A stretch of DNA of 64,000 nt from an uncultured Gemmatimonadaceae bacterium (GCA_963790305.1 CAWBOC010000010.1:352001-416000), one strand, 5' to 3'. Shown: positions 10,090 to 20,248, numbered from the stretch's first letter. Program-made: numbers and translations. Notes: generated from the sequence alone by a model not told the origin.

Positions 10090-11457
10090 TCAGACGGCGT
10101 CAGAAAGGGAAGTGAAATTCCAATCGCGCACGCGCAACGACGGCACAACGCGCCCCGCCTCCACCCTCTCAGCCCGCCCGAGCTCATCGATCTTGTTCAG
10201 CATGAACAGCGGGCTCTCGTTCCAGCGGAAGTTCTTGAGCGGGCGAGTGATCTTGCCGTTCTCGATCAGGAAGGTGCCATCGCGGGTCAGACCGGTCACC
10301 ATCACCGTGCGCTGATCGAGGAAGCGGATATACCAGAAGCGCGTCACGAGAATGCCGCGCTGCGTGCCCGCGACCAGCTCGTCGACGCTCTTCGTGCCGC
10401 CCACCATCTTGAGCCCTCCCGGCATTCCGCCTCCACCCCCACCGCCGCCTCCGCCGCCGCCGCCACCACCACCCGTCGGCTGCACCCCCTTCTTGTCGGC
10501 CCAGAACCGGGAGTACGCGAGATTCTTCAGGACCCCGCTCTCGATCCATGTGGTACGCCGCAGTGGGAGTCCCTCGGTGTCGAAGGGGCGCATCAGCAGG
10601 TCTCGGTCGGCCGGATCCGAATAGATCGTCACGCGCTCGTCAGCGATCTTCTCGCCGAGCTTCGTGCCCCCCGGTTTCGCGAACGCGCTACGACCCTCGT
10701 CGGTGCTGCGCGCGTTGAATGACCCCGCGAGCAGTGGCAGCACATCCGACACGGCCTGCGGCTCGAGCACCACCGTGTACATCCCCGGCTCGATCGCCTG
10801 AGGATTGCGCGACGCCAGTGCCTTGTCCGCCGCTCGGCGGCCGAGTGACGCGGCATTGATGTCGCCCCAATCGCGCGATCCCGCGACGGCATAACCGGAA
10901 CCCGTTCCGTCCGGGGTACGAGCCGTGGTCGACATCAATGTGTCGGTGCTGGCATGATACGCGAACAGTCCCGAGTTCGTGGCGACCGCGCTCGCGCCCG
11001 CGTTGGCCTCGATGAATCCCGCGATCGCCAGCTTGTTGGTGCGGGCCTGCTCGGCATCGATCACCTGTTGAGCGGCCAGGGCGCGCGCCTCGGGGCCGAG
11101 GTCGGCGGTGCGCTCGACGAACGCGTCCACCGACCCGTGCTGCTGCGGACCGAGCTCGGGCATGATCTCGGGATCTTCCGGCGCGAGGCGAGCAAGTCGC
11201 TCGGACAGCTCGACCGTACGCTTGAGCAATGCGTCATCGAGCACGTTCGTCGACGTCGACGCGCGCCGTCGTCCAATGGTGCTGGTGATGGTGACATCGG
11301 TGTCGCTGATGCCGCCGGCGGTCGTGATCTCACTCGCCGCGAACCGCGTATTGCCACTCCAGCCTGAGCCGACGGTGACGCGGGTCTGTTCCGCCGTCGC
11401 GAACCCGAGAACACGGGCTGTCAGGGCGCGGGCTTCATCTCTCGTCAGGATTGCCAT
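10090..11457 (-). CDS. tldE: TldE/PmbA family protein
   Basis: PGMYTVVLEPQAV, FDTEG, TGLTRDGTFLIENGKI; directly downstream of tldD; 16-Gly insert. Confidence 0.88.
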   Translation of the reverse strand: MAILTRDEARALTARVLGFATAEQTRVTVGSGWSGNTRFAASEITTAGGISDTDVTITSTIGRRRASTSTNVLDDALLKRTVELSERLARLAPEDPEIMPELGPQQHGSVDAFVERTADLGPEARALAAQQVIDAEQARTNKLAIAGFIEANAGASAVATNSGLFAYHASTDTLMSTTARTPDGTGSGYAVAGSRDWGDINAASLGRRAADKALASRNPQAIEPGMYTVVLEPQAVSDVLPLLAGSFNARSTDEGRSAFAKPGGTKLGEKIADERVTIYSDPADRDLLMRPFDTEGLPLRRTTWIESGVLKNLAYSRFWADKKGVQPTGGGGGGGGGGGGGGGGMPGGLKMVGGTKSVDELVAGTQRGILVTRFWYIRFLDQRTVMVTGLTRDGTFLIENGKITRPLKNFRWNESPLFMLNKIDELGRAERVEAGRVVPSLRVRDWNFTSLSDAV

Positions 11458-11466
11458 GGCTCGATA

Positions 11467-11592
11467 AGGGATCAGGAGTCGGGAGTCAGGGATCAGGGGG
11501 GTTCAGGGTCGGGGTATCAGGGATGCGCGAGCCGTTCGCCTCGCACCATTCCCTGAAACCCCCTGATCCCTGACTCCTGACTCCTGCCCCCT
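11467..11592. repeat. Family A inverted heptamer-repeat hairpin
   Basis: gggatcaggagtcgggagtcagggatcagggg ... ccccctgatccctgactcctgactcctg. Confidence 0.85.
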
Positions 11593-11598
11593 CGTTCG

Positions 11599-13212
11599 TT
11601 AGGCCGTACGTCCCGTATTCACGATATTGACATTCTGAAACCTCGCGGGGGGGCACCCGTGACTCACCGAGTTCGACTGGCTCGGTTCCCCCTTGCCATC
11701 GCCGAACGACCCGCCAAGCCAGTACGAGCGCTGCCCACCGATCATGTCCATCGAGTTCCAGAACTCCGGCGTGCGACTCTGGTATGCCACATCCTTGAGC
11801 ATGCCGACGATCTTGCCGCCGCGCACTTCGTAGGCGAGCTGGCCGGAGAACTGGAAGTTGTAGCGCTGCTGATCGATCGACCACGATCCACGATTGCGAA
11901 TGACAATGCCGCGGTCGGTGGCGGCGATGATGTCGTCGATCGTGATGTCGCGCTCCCCGGGCATGAGCGAGACGTTCGGCATTCGCTGGAACTGGACGCT
12001 CGACCAGGAGTCGGCGAACGAGCAGCCGTGCGAGCGCCGGACGCCGGTAAGATTCGAGATCCACGCCGCCTGGTCGCGCGTCGTCTGGTAGTCCTTGAAC
12101 ATGCCACGCTCGATGAGCAGCCACTGATCGGCGGGGACGCCCTCGTCGTCCCATGCCGTGCGTGAGAGCGATTCCGCCTGGGTGCGATCGGCTTGCACGT
12201 TCATGAAGTCGGGCCCGTACTTGAGCTTCCCAATGGTCGCCTCGGGCGGCGCGATGAAGCTCGTGCCGGCATAGTTCGCCTCGTAGCCCACCGCGCGGTC
12301 GAGCTCCGTGGGATGCCCGATCGACTCGTGAATCGTGAGCCAGAGGTTGGTCGGATCGAGAATCAGCGCATAACGACCCACCTCCACCGACTTCGCCGAC
12401 AGCTTCTGTACCGCGTACGACGCCCACTCCTCGGCGTTCCCCGGCATGTTGAGACCGGTGATGTACTCCCAGCCAGACCCGCGCGGCGCGATCTCGTGGT
12501 TGTAGCTCTGGAAATCACCGGGTGCGACGGCGGTCGCGGTGAACTGCGGCCCGACGCGGACGAAGGTCTGCACGGTGTAGGTGCCGTCGGTGGTGGCGAG
12601 GGTCTTCTCTTCGCGCAGCAACGCCAGCCCCGAGTTCACGAACCGCACGCCCTTGGCGCGTAACGCCGCCTCGTTTGCCCCGAGCAGCAGCGCGACCTTG
12701 TCCTCGATCGGCACGTCGACGGGATCCGTCTGCACCGGCGTCCGCCACGTCCCGACGACGGCCTGCACCGGTGCGAGCTCGACGGGACGCTTCTGTGCGC
12801 TCCGCGCCGCCCGCGCAATGCGCGCCGCCTCGCGCGCGGCCAGCTGCACCGCTTCGCGCGTCATCTGGCTCGTGGCCGCAAACCCCCACGACCCGTTGAC
12901 CAGCGCGCGCACTCCAATGCCATACGACTCGGCGTCGTTCACGGCCGTGACCTGTCGCTCGCGCGTGGCCACGAACTGGCGTCGATACCGCCCGATGCGC
13001 GCGTCGGCATACGACGCTCCCGCATCACGCGCCGCGTTCAGCGCCTCCATCGCGAGATCGCGGATACCTGCATCGCCTGGCAGACTCGCGCGAGCAGGAT
13101 CGGCGATCACCGGCGTCGGCGCCGTCTCCGGAAGCGTGCCACCGGGCGCGCACGCCGCAGCCACCGCCGCGGCGGAGGCGGTCTTCAGAAAGTCGCGTCG
13201 GGAGGGGGACAT
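11599..13212 (-). CDS. tldD: TldD family metalloprotease with Tat signal
   Basis: SRRDFLK twin-arginine motif; HESIGH zinc motif; DDEG; RMPN; C-terminal SHGCP. Confidence 0.92.
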   Translation of the reverse strand: MSPSRRDFLKTASAAAVAAACAPGGTLPETAPTPVIADPARASLPGDAGIRDLAMEALNAARDAGASYADARIGRYRRQFVATRERQVTAVNDAESYGIGVRALVNGSWGFAATSQMTREAVQLAAREAARIARAARSAQKRPVELAPVQAVVGTWRTPVQTDPVDVPIEDKVALLLGANEAALRAKGVRFVNSGLALLREEKTLATTDGTYTVQTFVRVGPQFTATAVAPGDFQSYNHEIAPRGSGWEYITGLNMPGNAEEWASYAVQKLSAKSVEVGRYALILDPTNLWLTIHESIGHPTELDRAVGYEANYAGTSFIAPPEATIGKLKYGPDFMNVQADRTQAESLSRTAWDDEGVPADQWLLIERGMFKDYQTTRDQAAWISNLTGVRRSHGCSFADSWSSVQFQRMPNVSLMPGERDITIDDIIAATDRGIVIRNRGSWSIDQQRYNFQFSGQLAYEVRGGKIVGMLKDVAYQSRTPEFWNSMDMIGGQRSYWLGGSFGDGKGEPSQSNSVSHGCPPARFQNVNIVNTGRTA

Positions 13213-13241
13213 GGGAGAAGGTCAGTGGGACGTTGAAGGAT

Positions 13242-13302
13242 GAATTCGGAACGCGGAATGCGGACCAACTGCATCAAGATCCGCATTCCGTATTCCGCAT
13301 TC
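13242..13302. repeat. Family B inverted heptamer-repeat hairpin
   Basis: gaattcggaacgcggaatgcgga ... tccgcattccgtattccgcattc. Confidence 0.8.
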
Positions 13303-13305
13303 GGC

Positions 13306-14526
13306 TCACTCGTACCTCAAAGCCAAGATCGGATCCAGACTCGCCGCCCGCCGAGCCGGCCAGACGCCAAAGACGATGCCAACCACGGCCGCAAAGAGGA
13401 AGGCGAGGCCCACCGAGATCATCGAGACATCGGTATTCCAGTCCATCGACTCCCGCAAGACTGTGGCCGAGCCCACGCCCAGGATCACGCCGATGAGGCC
13501 GCCGAGCAGACAGAGAACCACCGCCTCGATCAGGAACTGGAGCAGGATGTTGATGCGCGTGGCGCCAAGCGCCTTGCGCACGCCGATCTCCCGCGTTCGC
13601 TCCGTGACGGAGACGAGCATGATGTTCATGATGCCGATCCCGCCCACGAGCAACGACACCGTCGCGATGCCGAGGAGCAGCACGCCGAAGACCTTGGTCG
13701 TTTCTTCGAAGGTCGACAGGAAGTCCGACTGGTTCCGGATCTGGAAATCGTCCTCGCGTCCCGGCCGCAACCAATGCTCCCGGCGGAGAATGCGCTGGAT
13801 CTCCGCCATCGCGTTCGGAATCTGCGCTTCGCTTTGCGCGAGGACGTTGATCGAGCGGAGAAAGTTCGATCCCATCACGCGAAAGCGCGCGGTCTGAAGT
13901 GGAATGAGCACGAGGTCATCGGGGTCCTGGAATCCGCTCCCGGTGCCCTTGCGGTCGAGAACGCCGACGACGTCGAACTGAATGCCGCGAATGCGGATCG
14001 ATTCCCCAATGAGCGCCTCGGCCGACTCGAGTCCGAGATTCTCCACCACCGTGGGGCCGAGCACTGCCACGCGCTTGCGTCCGTCGTCGTCGCTATTGGT
14101 GAACATCTTTCCCGCGGCGAGACGATACTTCCGCACGTCGAGATAGTTCGCCGTCGTTCCGACGATCTGCGTGTTGGTGTTCTTGTTGACGTACTGCACC
14201 TGGAGCTGCCGATTCATCTCCGGCTGCACTGCGGTGAGGAGCGTCGCGCGCTCGGCGACCGCTTCCGCGTCCTCCATCGTCAGGCGAGCCCGAGTGTCCT
14301 GGACGACGACGCCCCGCCCGAACTGCTGGCCGGGCATGATGGTCAGCAGCGTCGTGCCAAGGGCACTGATGCGATCGCGGACCGCCTGCTGCGCGCCGCG
14401 ACCGAGCGCGATCATCGCGATCACGGCCGCGACGCCGATCACGATCCCGAGCATGGTCAGGAACGACCGCATTTTGTTCGCGCGGAGCGCGCCGAGCGCG
14501 ACCCGGAGGATCTCGCCGATCAGCAT
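13306..14526 (-). CDS. ABC transporter permease, MacB/FtsX family
   Basis: RSFLTMLGIVIGVAAV, GGIGIMNIMLVSVTERTREIGVRKALGA, LDPILALRYE; ATG at 14526. Confidence 0.95.
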   Translation of the reverse strand: MLIGEILRVALGALRANKMRSFLTMLGIVIGVAAVIAMIALGRGAQQAVRDRISALGTTLLTIMPGQQFGRGVVVQDTRARLTMEDAEAVAERATLLTAVQPEMNRQLQVQYVNKNTNTQIVGTTANYLDVRKYRLAAGKMFTNSDDDGRKRVAVLGPTVVENLGLESAEALIGESIRIRGIQFDVVGVLDRKGTGSGFQDPDDLVLIPLQTARFRVMGSNFLRSINVLAQSEAQIPNAMAEIQRILRREHWLRPGREDDFQIRNQSDFLSTFEETTKVFGVLLLGIATVSLLVGGIGIMNIMLVSVTERTREIGVRKALGATRINILLQFLIEAVVLCLLGGLIGVILGVGSATVLRESMDWNTDVSMISVGLAFLFAAVVGIVFGVWPARRAASLDPILALRYE

Positions 14527-14527
14527 G

Positions 14528-16195
14528 CTACTGGCCTCCGCCGCGTGGGGCGCCTCCGCCGCCACCGCCACCCCCGCCTCCCGCAGCGCCGCCCTGCTGG
14601 CGTTGCATGCCGGGGACACCGCCACCGGTCATACCGCGAAAGCGCTCGAGCTGCTGCTGGCGGCGCTGCTGCAGCGCCGCGGCGGTGACAATCGCGACCT
14701 GCTCGCCTTCGACCAGGCCGGATCGGACCTCGGTATAGTCATAGTTGGCGATGCCTAACGTGACGATGCGGGGCTCGAAGGTCGACCCCTTGGCGACGAA
14801 CACCAGACCCCTTCGTCCGCCACCGTTGGGACCGCGCGGTGCTTCACCGCTCACCGTAGGCCGCTGAATCCCGGAGCTGTCGGCCGCCCCGCGCTGCGCC
14901 CGCATGCACGCCATGCCAACCCGACCATCCACACCGAGCTCGGCGTAGACGGCGCGCATCTGTTCGCGGATCGGCGCGGGATCGGCGACGGCAGACGTCA
15001 TCCGTGCCATCCGGAGGGAGTCGAGACGCGCGCGAAGCTGAGGCTTCTTCTCCAGCGCCGCGCGAACCTCGGCACACTGGGCCGCCGTTGGGACGGGCAG
15101 CTGTGACAGCTGACCCTGTTGCGGAGCTTGCCCGGCGTCACTCACGATCACGTCGCCGCGCGAAATCGTCGTGACGCGGTCGCCACCATTGGCGCCGCCA
15201 TTCGATGCGCCGGGCGATTGCGATTGCAGTTGCCGGCGCACGCTGTCGGGATCGAGCCCGAGCGCCGCCGCCGCGGTCGTGATGTCACGCGGAGGGCGCA
15301 CCGCGTCGTTCGGCACCGAGATCACGTTCTCACGCCGCTCGACGAGCACTGACACTTCGCCATTCATGCCGGGCATGAGGAGCCCTTCGCGATTGGAAAC
15401 CGCGACGAGCACCGGGAACATGGTCACGTTCTGCTGCACGACCGCCTGCGGCTCGATCTTCTCGACGGAGCCGCGGAATGGCCGGTCCGGATACGCATCG
15501 ACCGTCACCGTGGCCTGCTGGCCCGGCTGGATGTTTCCAATGTCCGTCTCGTTGACGAGCGCGCGAACGCGCACCTGTGAGAGGTCGGCCATCTTGAGGA
15601 GCAAGGTGCCGCCGCCAAACGCGCCGGTCGCCGACGTGATGACCTGTCCCGTGGACACCGCCTTCTCGATGATCGTGCCGGCGAGCGGCGCGCGGACGGT
15701 TGCATCGTCGAGGCGCTGTTGCGCCAAATCGAGCGAGGCGTCGGCGCGAGTCGCCTGCGCCTGCGCATTTGCGTAGTCGAGCTGCGCCGTCTCGAGCTCC
15801 TGCGCGGTGATGATCTGCTGCTTGAACAGGTCCTCGGACCGCTTGCGCTGTGCCGCGGCCACGGCGACGCGCGCCTGCGCGGCCCGAAGATCGGCCAGGG
15901 CCTGGTTGTACTGATTGCGTACGTCGCGCGTGTCGACCTGTACGAGCAGGTCGCCCGGTTTCACGAGCGTTCCCGTCTCGACGGGCATCCGCTCGATCTG
16001 CCCCGAGGCCTTCGACTTCACCTCGATGACGTTGATCGGCTCGACGACTCCCGTCGCCTCGGCGTCGACGACGATGTCGCGCCGCTCGACCGCGACCGTC
16101 TGAATCGTGGATTCCTGTTCCTCATCGCCCTTGCACGCGGTGAGGCTGGCGAGTGCAATGACAACAGCGGCTGTAGCGCGCAAAATGAGCTCCAT
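14528..16195 (-). CDS. Efflux periplasmic adaptor subunit (MacA/HlyD-like)
   Basis: IEVKSKASGQI, VRAPLAGTI, LMPGMNGEV; Gly-rich C-terminal tail. Confidence 0.92.
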   Translation of the reverse strand: MELILRATAAVVIALASLTACKGDEEQESTIQTVAVERRDIVVDAEATGVVEPINVIEVKSKASGQIERMPVETGTLVKPGDLLVQVDTRDVRNQYNQALADLRAAQARVAVAAAQRKRSEDLFKQQIITAQELETAQLDYANAQAQATRADASLDLAQQRLDDATVRAPLAGTIIEKAVSTGQVITSATGAFGGGTLLLKMADLSQVRVRALVNETDIGNIQPGQQATVTVDAYPDRPFRGSVEKIEPQAVVQQNVTMFPVLVAVSNREGLLMPGMNGEVSVLVERRENVISVPNDAVRPPRDITTAAAALGLDPDSVRRQLQSQSPGASNGGANGGDRVTTISRGDVIVSDAGQAPQQGQLSQLPVPTAAQCAEVRAALEKKPQLRARLDSLRMARMTSAVADPAPIREQMRAVYAELGVDGRVGMACMRAQRGAADSSGIQRPTVSGEAPRGPNGGGRRGLVFVAKGSTFEPRIVTLGIANYDYTEVRSGLVEGEQVAIVTAAALQQRRQQQLERFRGMTGGGVPGMQRQQGGAAGGGGGGGGGGAPRGGGQ

Positions 16196-16204
16196 GAGTT
16201 GATT

Positions 16205-17500
16205 CTAGAGTGCTCTCCCTACCAATGCTTCCAACTGCGCCTTCGCAATCCGGTAGTCGTATCGTGCCTGGATCAGCGCCGCGCGGGCGTTGTTCAGCTC
16301 GGTCTGCGAGGTGAGCAGGTCCAGGAGCCTCGAGGCGCCCACCGCATAACGCTGCTGCTGTACCCGTACGTCCTCCTCGGCCGCAGCCACGCTCGCGCTC
16401 TGGATCGCGATGCGCGCTTCAGCGGTGCGCAGAGCGCCCAGGAACTGTGACAGCTGCTGCCGCGCGCCGAATTGCGCGTCGCGGAGGGCGGCAGCGGAAT
16501 TGGCTTCCTGCACATCGGCACCGACACGCTGCTCCTCGCGATTGAGCCGATTGAAGAGGGGATACGACGCGGTGAAGCGGAGATTGCTGGAATAGCGGAA
16601 GGGATCGTTCCATCCGAATCCGAGGTCGTCGCCGTTCGATCCGCGTGAGTACGACATACTGATCGACGGGAAGTACGTCGATCGCGCGGCCTTCTGGCTC
16701 GCGCGCGCGACCTGCCACTGGGCGGCGGCTTCGCGAATGGCCGGCCCATCGAGGGCGAGCCGTTCGAGGCTGGCGCTATCGACCGAGATGCTCTGCGGGC
16801 TCAGCGTGTCTTCGGCTGGAGTGACGGGGAAGGGGGTCGCCACCAGTCGCGTGAGCGTTGCCTCAGCGGTCCGGAGCGCGTTCTGCGCCGTGATGAGTGC
16901 GAGCTGCGCGTTGCCGATCTGGATCACGGTGCGCAACGAGTCACTCTTCGTCGCGGCGCCAGCGGCCATGCGAGCCGTCGCCGTCCGCATCTGCTGCTGC
17001 GCCTCCTCCAGCTGGGTGCGCGCCGCCGCTTCCGACTCTCGCGCCGCCAGCCCGTCGTAGTAGGCCTGCTTCACGTCGAGCGCAATCTGGAAGCGCTGGT
17101 CGATGTCGTTCGCCTCGGCCGCGTCCTGCTGGGCGCGTGCGCGCCGCAGCTCGTAGAATCTCGAGCCGCCATCGAACAGCTGAAGACTCATCGACGCGCC
17201 CGCCGAGCTCGACCACGGGCTGTCGTCGTCAATGGGACGGCCTGCCTGAATCGTGCGCGTTCCACCCTCCCACGCGCGGGACATGTTCAGGTTGACGTCG
17301 GGGAGAAACGCCGCATACGCGCCGCGGACGGTTGCGTCGCTCGAGCGGAGCTGACCGCGCGACTGTACGGCGAGCGGCGCGTTACGCTGCGCCAGCTGCA
17401 CCGCCTCATCGAGCGTGATCGGCCGAGGCGCCTCTTGCCCGGCGGCCATGCCGGCCGTCGCGCAGGCGGCCAGCACAGTAAGCCAGATCCGCGCAATCAC
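16205..17500 (-). CDS. TolC family outer membrane efflux protein
   Basis: ITLDEAVQLA, LFDGG, YAVGASRLLDLLTSQ, ARYDYRIAKAQLEALVG. Confidence 0.92.
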   Translation of the reverse strand: MIARIWLTVLAACATAGMAAGQEAPRPITLDEAVQLAQRNAPLAVQSRGQLRSSDATVRGAYAAFLPDVNLNMSRAWEGGTRTIQAGRPIDDDSPWSSSAGASMSLQLFDGGSRFYELRRARAQQDAAEANDIDQRFQIALDVKQAYYDGLAARESEAAARTQLEEAQQQMRTATARMAAGAATKSDSLRTVIQIGNAQLALITAQNALRTAEATLTRLVATPFPVTPAEDTLSPQSISVDSASLERLALDGPAIREAAAQWQVARASQKAARSTYFPSISMSYSRGSNGDDLGFGWNDPFRYSSNLRFTASYPLFNRLNREEQRVGADVQEANSAAALRDAQFGARQQLSQFLGALRTAEARIAIQSASVAAAEEDVRVQQQRYAVGASRLLDLLTSQTELNNARAALIQARYDYRIAKAQLEALVGRAL

Positions 17501-17868
17501 TTGGACTTCGTCTCCTTCGCCGAGTGCTTCTTCGCGAGCAGCTCATCGAAGTGCGCGCGTTGACTGTCGTTGAGCACGCGCCGGATCTGCTGGCGCGCCG
17601 TGTCGCGCACCGCATCCATTTGCGGACGCACTGGCGCGATGACCGCCCGCATCTCGCGATGCCGGCGCTCGACGATGCTATCGACTGCGGCGGACTGCTC
17701 CGGTGTCAGGTGAAGCTCCTCCGTGAGCCAGGCAAAAGAGCGACGGTTGTCGCCGGTCTTTGCGCACCGGTCACTCGTGAGCACGCGATCGGCCGTGAAG
17801 CCCAGTGCGCCGCCCACGAGGAGGGCGCCCAACAGGAACATCAGCGCGAGACTGCGTGAGCGCTGCAT
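17497..17868 (-). CDS. Small periplasmic helical protein (Spy/CpxP or heavy-metal sensor-like)
   Basis: N-terminal TM; LHLTPEQ and VLNDSQRAHF motifs (LTxxQ-like); lies in the sigma operon. Confidence 0.7.
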   Translation of the reverse strand: MQRSRSLALMFLLGALLVGGALGFTADRVLTSDRCAKTGDNRRSFAWLTEELHLTPEQSAAVDSIVERRHREMRAVIAPVRPQMDAVRDTARQQIRRVLNDSQRAHFDELLAKKHSAKETKSK

Positions 17869-17882
17869 GTCGTACTCCCAGT

Positions 17883-18242
17883 TTAGGGTTCGATGACGTA
17901 GCGGAGGGTTGCCTCACGCCCGTCAGGTTCAGTGACTTCAGTGGCGACCCGTGCTGGGAACGAGACTGGTGTCTCGAGCAGCGTCGCCATCTCCCGCGCC
18001 TCCACGTCGTGCGTGCGGACGAGGGCGGCGCCGGTGATGAGCGCCGCGAGCGCGGCCGCGATCAGCCCCGCGCTCGTCCATCGCGCAAAGGGCGCGGTCC
18101 AGTCCTCGTCTTCCGCGAGACGCGCCAGCATGGAGGCCTCGAGCGCGCCCCAGTACGCGGGATCCTGAGGCGATGCCATCAACGCGCGCAGTGCCGCGGT
18201 GACGCGCGCATCCTCGGGCTCGATATGGTGACCGTCGATCAT
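17883..18242 (-). CDS. Putative membrane anti-sigma factor
   Basis: Overlaps the stop of the ECF sigma gene; one central TM; 119 aa. Confidence 0.6.
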   Translation of the reverse strand: MIDGHHIEPEDARVTAALRALMASPQDPAYWGALEASMLARLAEDEDWTAPFARWTSAGLIAAALAALITGAALVRTHDVEAREMATLLETPVSFPARVATEVTEPDGREATLRYVIEP

Positions 18243-18853
18243 GAGTTGCTCCGTGTGTCGCTCAACAAGCGCCGTAACGTGGCGCGCGCGTGGTGCAGAT
18301 CGGACCGTGCCGTTCCTTCCGGGATGCCGAGCATCTCGCTGATCTCGGCGTGACGAAACCCTTCCACATCGTGCAACACGATCACCGCCCGCTGCCGCTC
18401 CGTCAGCCGCTGCAACGCCGCCGCCAAGCGACGGCGCAGCTCGTCCGATTCCGCCGGATCGCGAAATGGCAGCGCGATCGTCTCCGGCAGCGTTCCCGCC
18501 GTCCGAACCTTTCGGCGCCGCTGCAGGTCGAGCGCCGCGTTCGCGACGATGCGATGCAGCCAGGCACCGAACGGCTCGCCCGGCCGGAACCGGGCCAATG
18601 CCCGATACGCGTGCAGAAATCCGTCCTGCACCGCATCTTCGGCGTCGTGATGATCGAGCACGATCGCTCGCGCCACCGCATAGGCGCGCCGTTGATGCGC
18701 GCGAACGAGCTCCGCGAATGCCTCGTGACTGCCCTCTTGAGCGGACAGTACGAGCTCACGCTCGCGTGTCCGATCATCCGGCACGGTGAACGCGCCGCCC
18801 ACGACGGGGCGCGCGGGTGCCCCTTGGGCAGGGAGAGAGGCGGTCGCGATCAT
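18239..18853 (-). CDS. ECF RNA polymerase sigma-70 factor
   Basis: DAEDAVQDGF, FGAWLHRIVAN, LTERQRAVIVLHDVEG...EISEMLGIPEGTARSDLHHAR. Confidence 0.95.
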   Translation of the reverse strand: MIATASLPAQGAPARPVVGGAFTVPDDRTRERELVLSAQEGSHEAFAELVRAHQRRAYAVARAIVLDHHDAEDAVQDGFLHAYRALARFRPGEPFGAWLHRIVANAALDLQRRRKVRTAGTLPETIALPFRDPAESDELRRRLAAALQRLTERQRAVIVLHDVEGFRHAEISEMLGIPEGTARSDLHHARATLRRLLSDTRSNS

Positions 18854-18910
18854 GTGCCAGACGTCCTGATTCAGGTACGCGGTCCGCGACCAAAACGTTG
18901 AGCGACGACA

Positions 18911-19537
18911 CTACCCGCCGGCCGGCGCGGATGCCCCTTGGACAGGGGGTGTTCCCTCCAGACCCAGGGCAGGCGCCTCGCGCCGCATGGCGTCGATCAC
19001 GAACTGGATGTGCGCGTCCAGCTCCACCCCGAGCTCCTCGGCGCCGTTGATGACGTCCTCGCGACTCACGCCGCGGGCGAAGGCCTTGTCCTTCATCTTC
19101 TTTCGGACGGACTTCGCATCGACCTCATGCACGCTCTTCGATGGCCTCACGAGCGCGGTGGCGGTCACCAGCCCGGTGAGCTCGTCGACGGCGAACAGCG
19201 TCTTCGCCATGCGCGACGTCCGCGGCACGCCGGAGTATTGCGCGTGGCCTAGGATTGCCTCGAGAATGTCCTCGGGCCAGCCACGCTCCCGCAGGAGACG
19301 AACGCCTTCGGCAGGGTGGCCGGTGGTGGGCGAATGCTCCTGATTCGGCCAGCGCTCATAGTCGAAGTCGTGGATGAGCCCCGCGAGCCCCCAGCGCTCC
19401 CGATCCTCCCCGAACCGTTCTGCGTACGCGCGCATGGCCGCCTCGACGGAAAGCATGTGCTTCCGGAGGGAGTCGCTCTGCGTGAATTCATGCAGGATCG
19501 CGAGGGCTTCAGGGCGAGTCGGGAGCGATTGAGTCAT
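18911..19537 (-). CDS. HD-domain (HDIG-type) predicted hydrolase
   Basis: KHMLSVE, GLIHDFDYE, AILGH, FAVDELTG, KDKAFARGVSR. Confidence 0.88.
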   Translation of the reverse strand: MTQSLPTRPEALAILHEFTQSDSLRKHMLSVEAAMRAYAERFGEDRERWGLAGLIHDFDYERWPNQEHSPTTGHPAEGVRLLRERGWPEDILEAILGHAQYSGVPRTSRMAKTLFAVDELTGLVTATALVRPSKSVHEVDAKSVRKKMKDKAFARGVSREDVINGAEELGVELDAHIQFVIDAMRREAPALGLEGTPPVQGASAPAGG

Positions 19538-19559
19538 AAGGAGGATGGGAGGAAAGGCA

Positions 19560-19640
19560 GTCGAGGTCGTCGAGGGTGTCGAGGTGATCGAGGCGACTTC
19601 ACCTCGATCACCTCGACATCCTCGACGACCTCGATCACCT
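19560..19640. repeat. Inverted nonamer-repeat hairpin, family C (TCGAGG-NNN)n
   Basis: tcgaggtcgtcgagggtgtcgaggtgatcgagg ... cctcgatcacctcgacatcctcgacgacctcga. Confidence 0.85.
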
Positions 19641-19642
19641 GT

Positions 19643-20248
19643 TCATTCATTAAGGTAGGCAACACCCCATCTCGAGGCGAGATCGCGGTCCCCCAGCAAT
19701 AGCTCGGTCGTCGCCGGCTCGACGCCATACGGCGCGAGCCAGGCCTGCAAGTGCATCTTCGCATCGGGGATCGTGCAGCTTCGAGGCGCTCCCTGTACAC
19801 CAATGACAATGCGGTCCTTGACCATGGTGATCACGTCGGCAGCGCGTCCTCCGCGGAAGGCGACTCCCACGAAATGCCGAGGCTTCTCACGAGCCGCGAA
19901 GCCGAGCACCGTGACTCGCCGCGACAGCGCGCGCGCGAGCACGCTCAACGCTGGCGGTAGCGCCATCTCCATCCGCGCCGCAGCAGGTAACCCTTCGGCC
20001 AGCTCGAGCGCGGCACCCCACGCCGTGGCATCACTGTAGCCAGCCCACTCGCGGATCACGCTGAGCGCGGGCTGAACGAGATCGACATCGAAGAATCGTG
20101 CCTCGCTGCGCGCGGTCGGCTCCGCCGGCAGAGGCGGCGCTGGATCGGCTCGCGCAAACCCTCGTTCAGCGAGGACGGCGTCGAGCGCCTGTTCTGCCTC
20201 CGCGACGGGGAGCGCCACGAGGAGCGCCTCACGCGTTCTGGTCGCCAT
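19643..20248 (-). CDS. Hypothetical protein
   Basis: Long ORF filling the gap; likely start MATRTREALL at 20248. Confidence 0.6.
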   Translation of the reverse strand: MATRTREALLVALPVAEAEQALDAVLAERGFARADPAPPLPAEPTARSEARFFDVDLVQPALSVIREWAGYSDATAWGAALELAEGLPAAARMEMALPPALSVLARALSRRVTVLGFAAREKPRHFVGVAFRGGRAADVITMVKDRIVIGVQGAPRSCTIPDAKMHLQAWLAPYGVEPATTELLLGDRDLASRWGVAYLNE

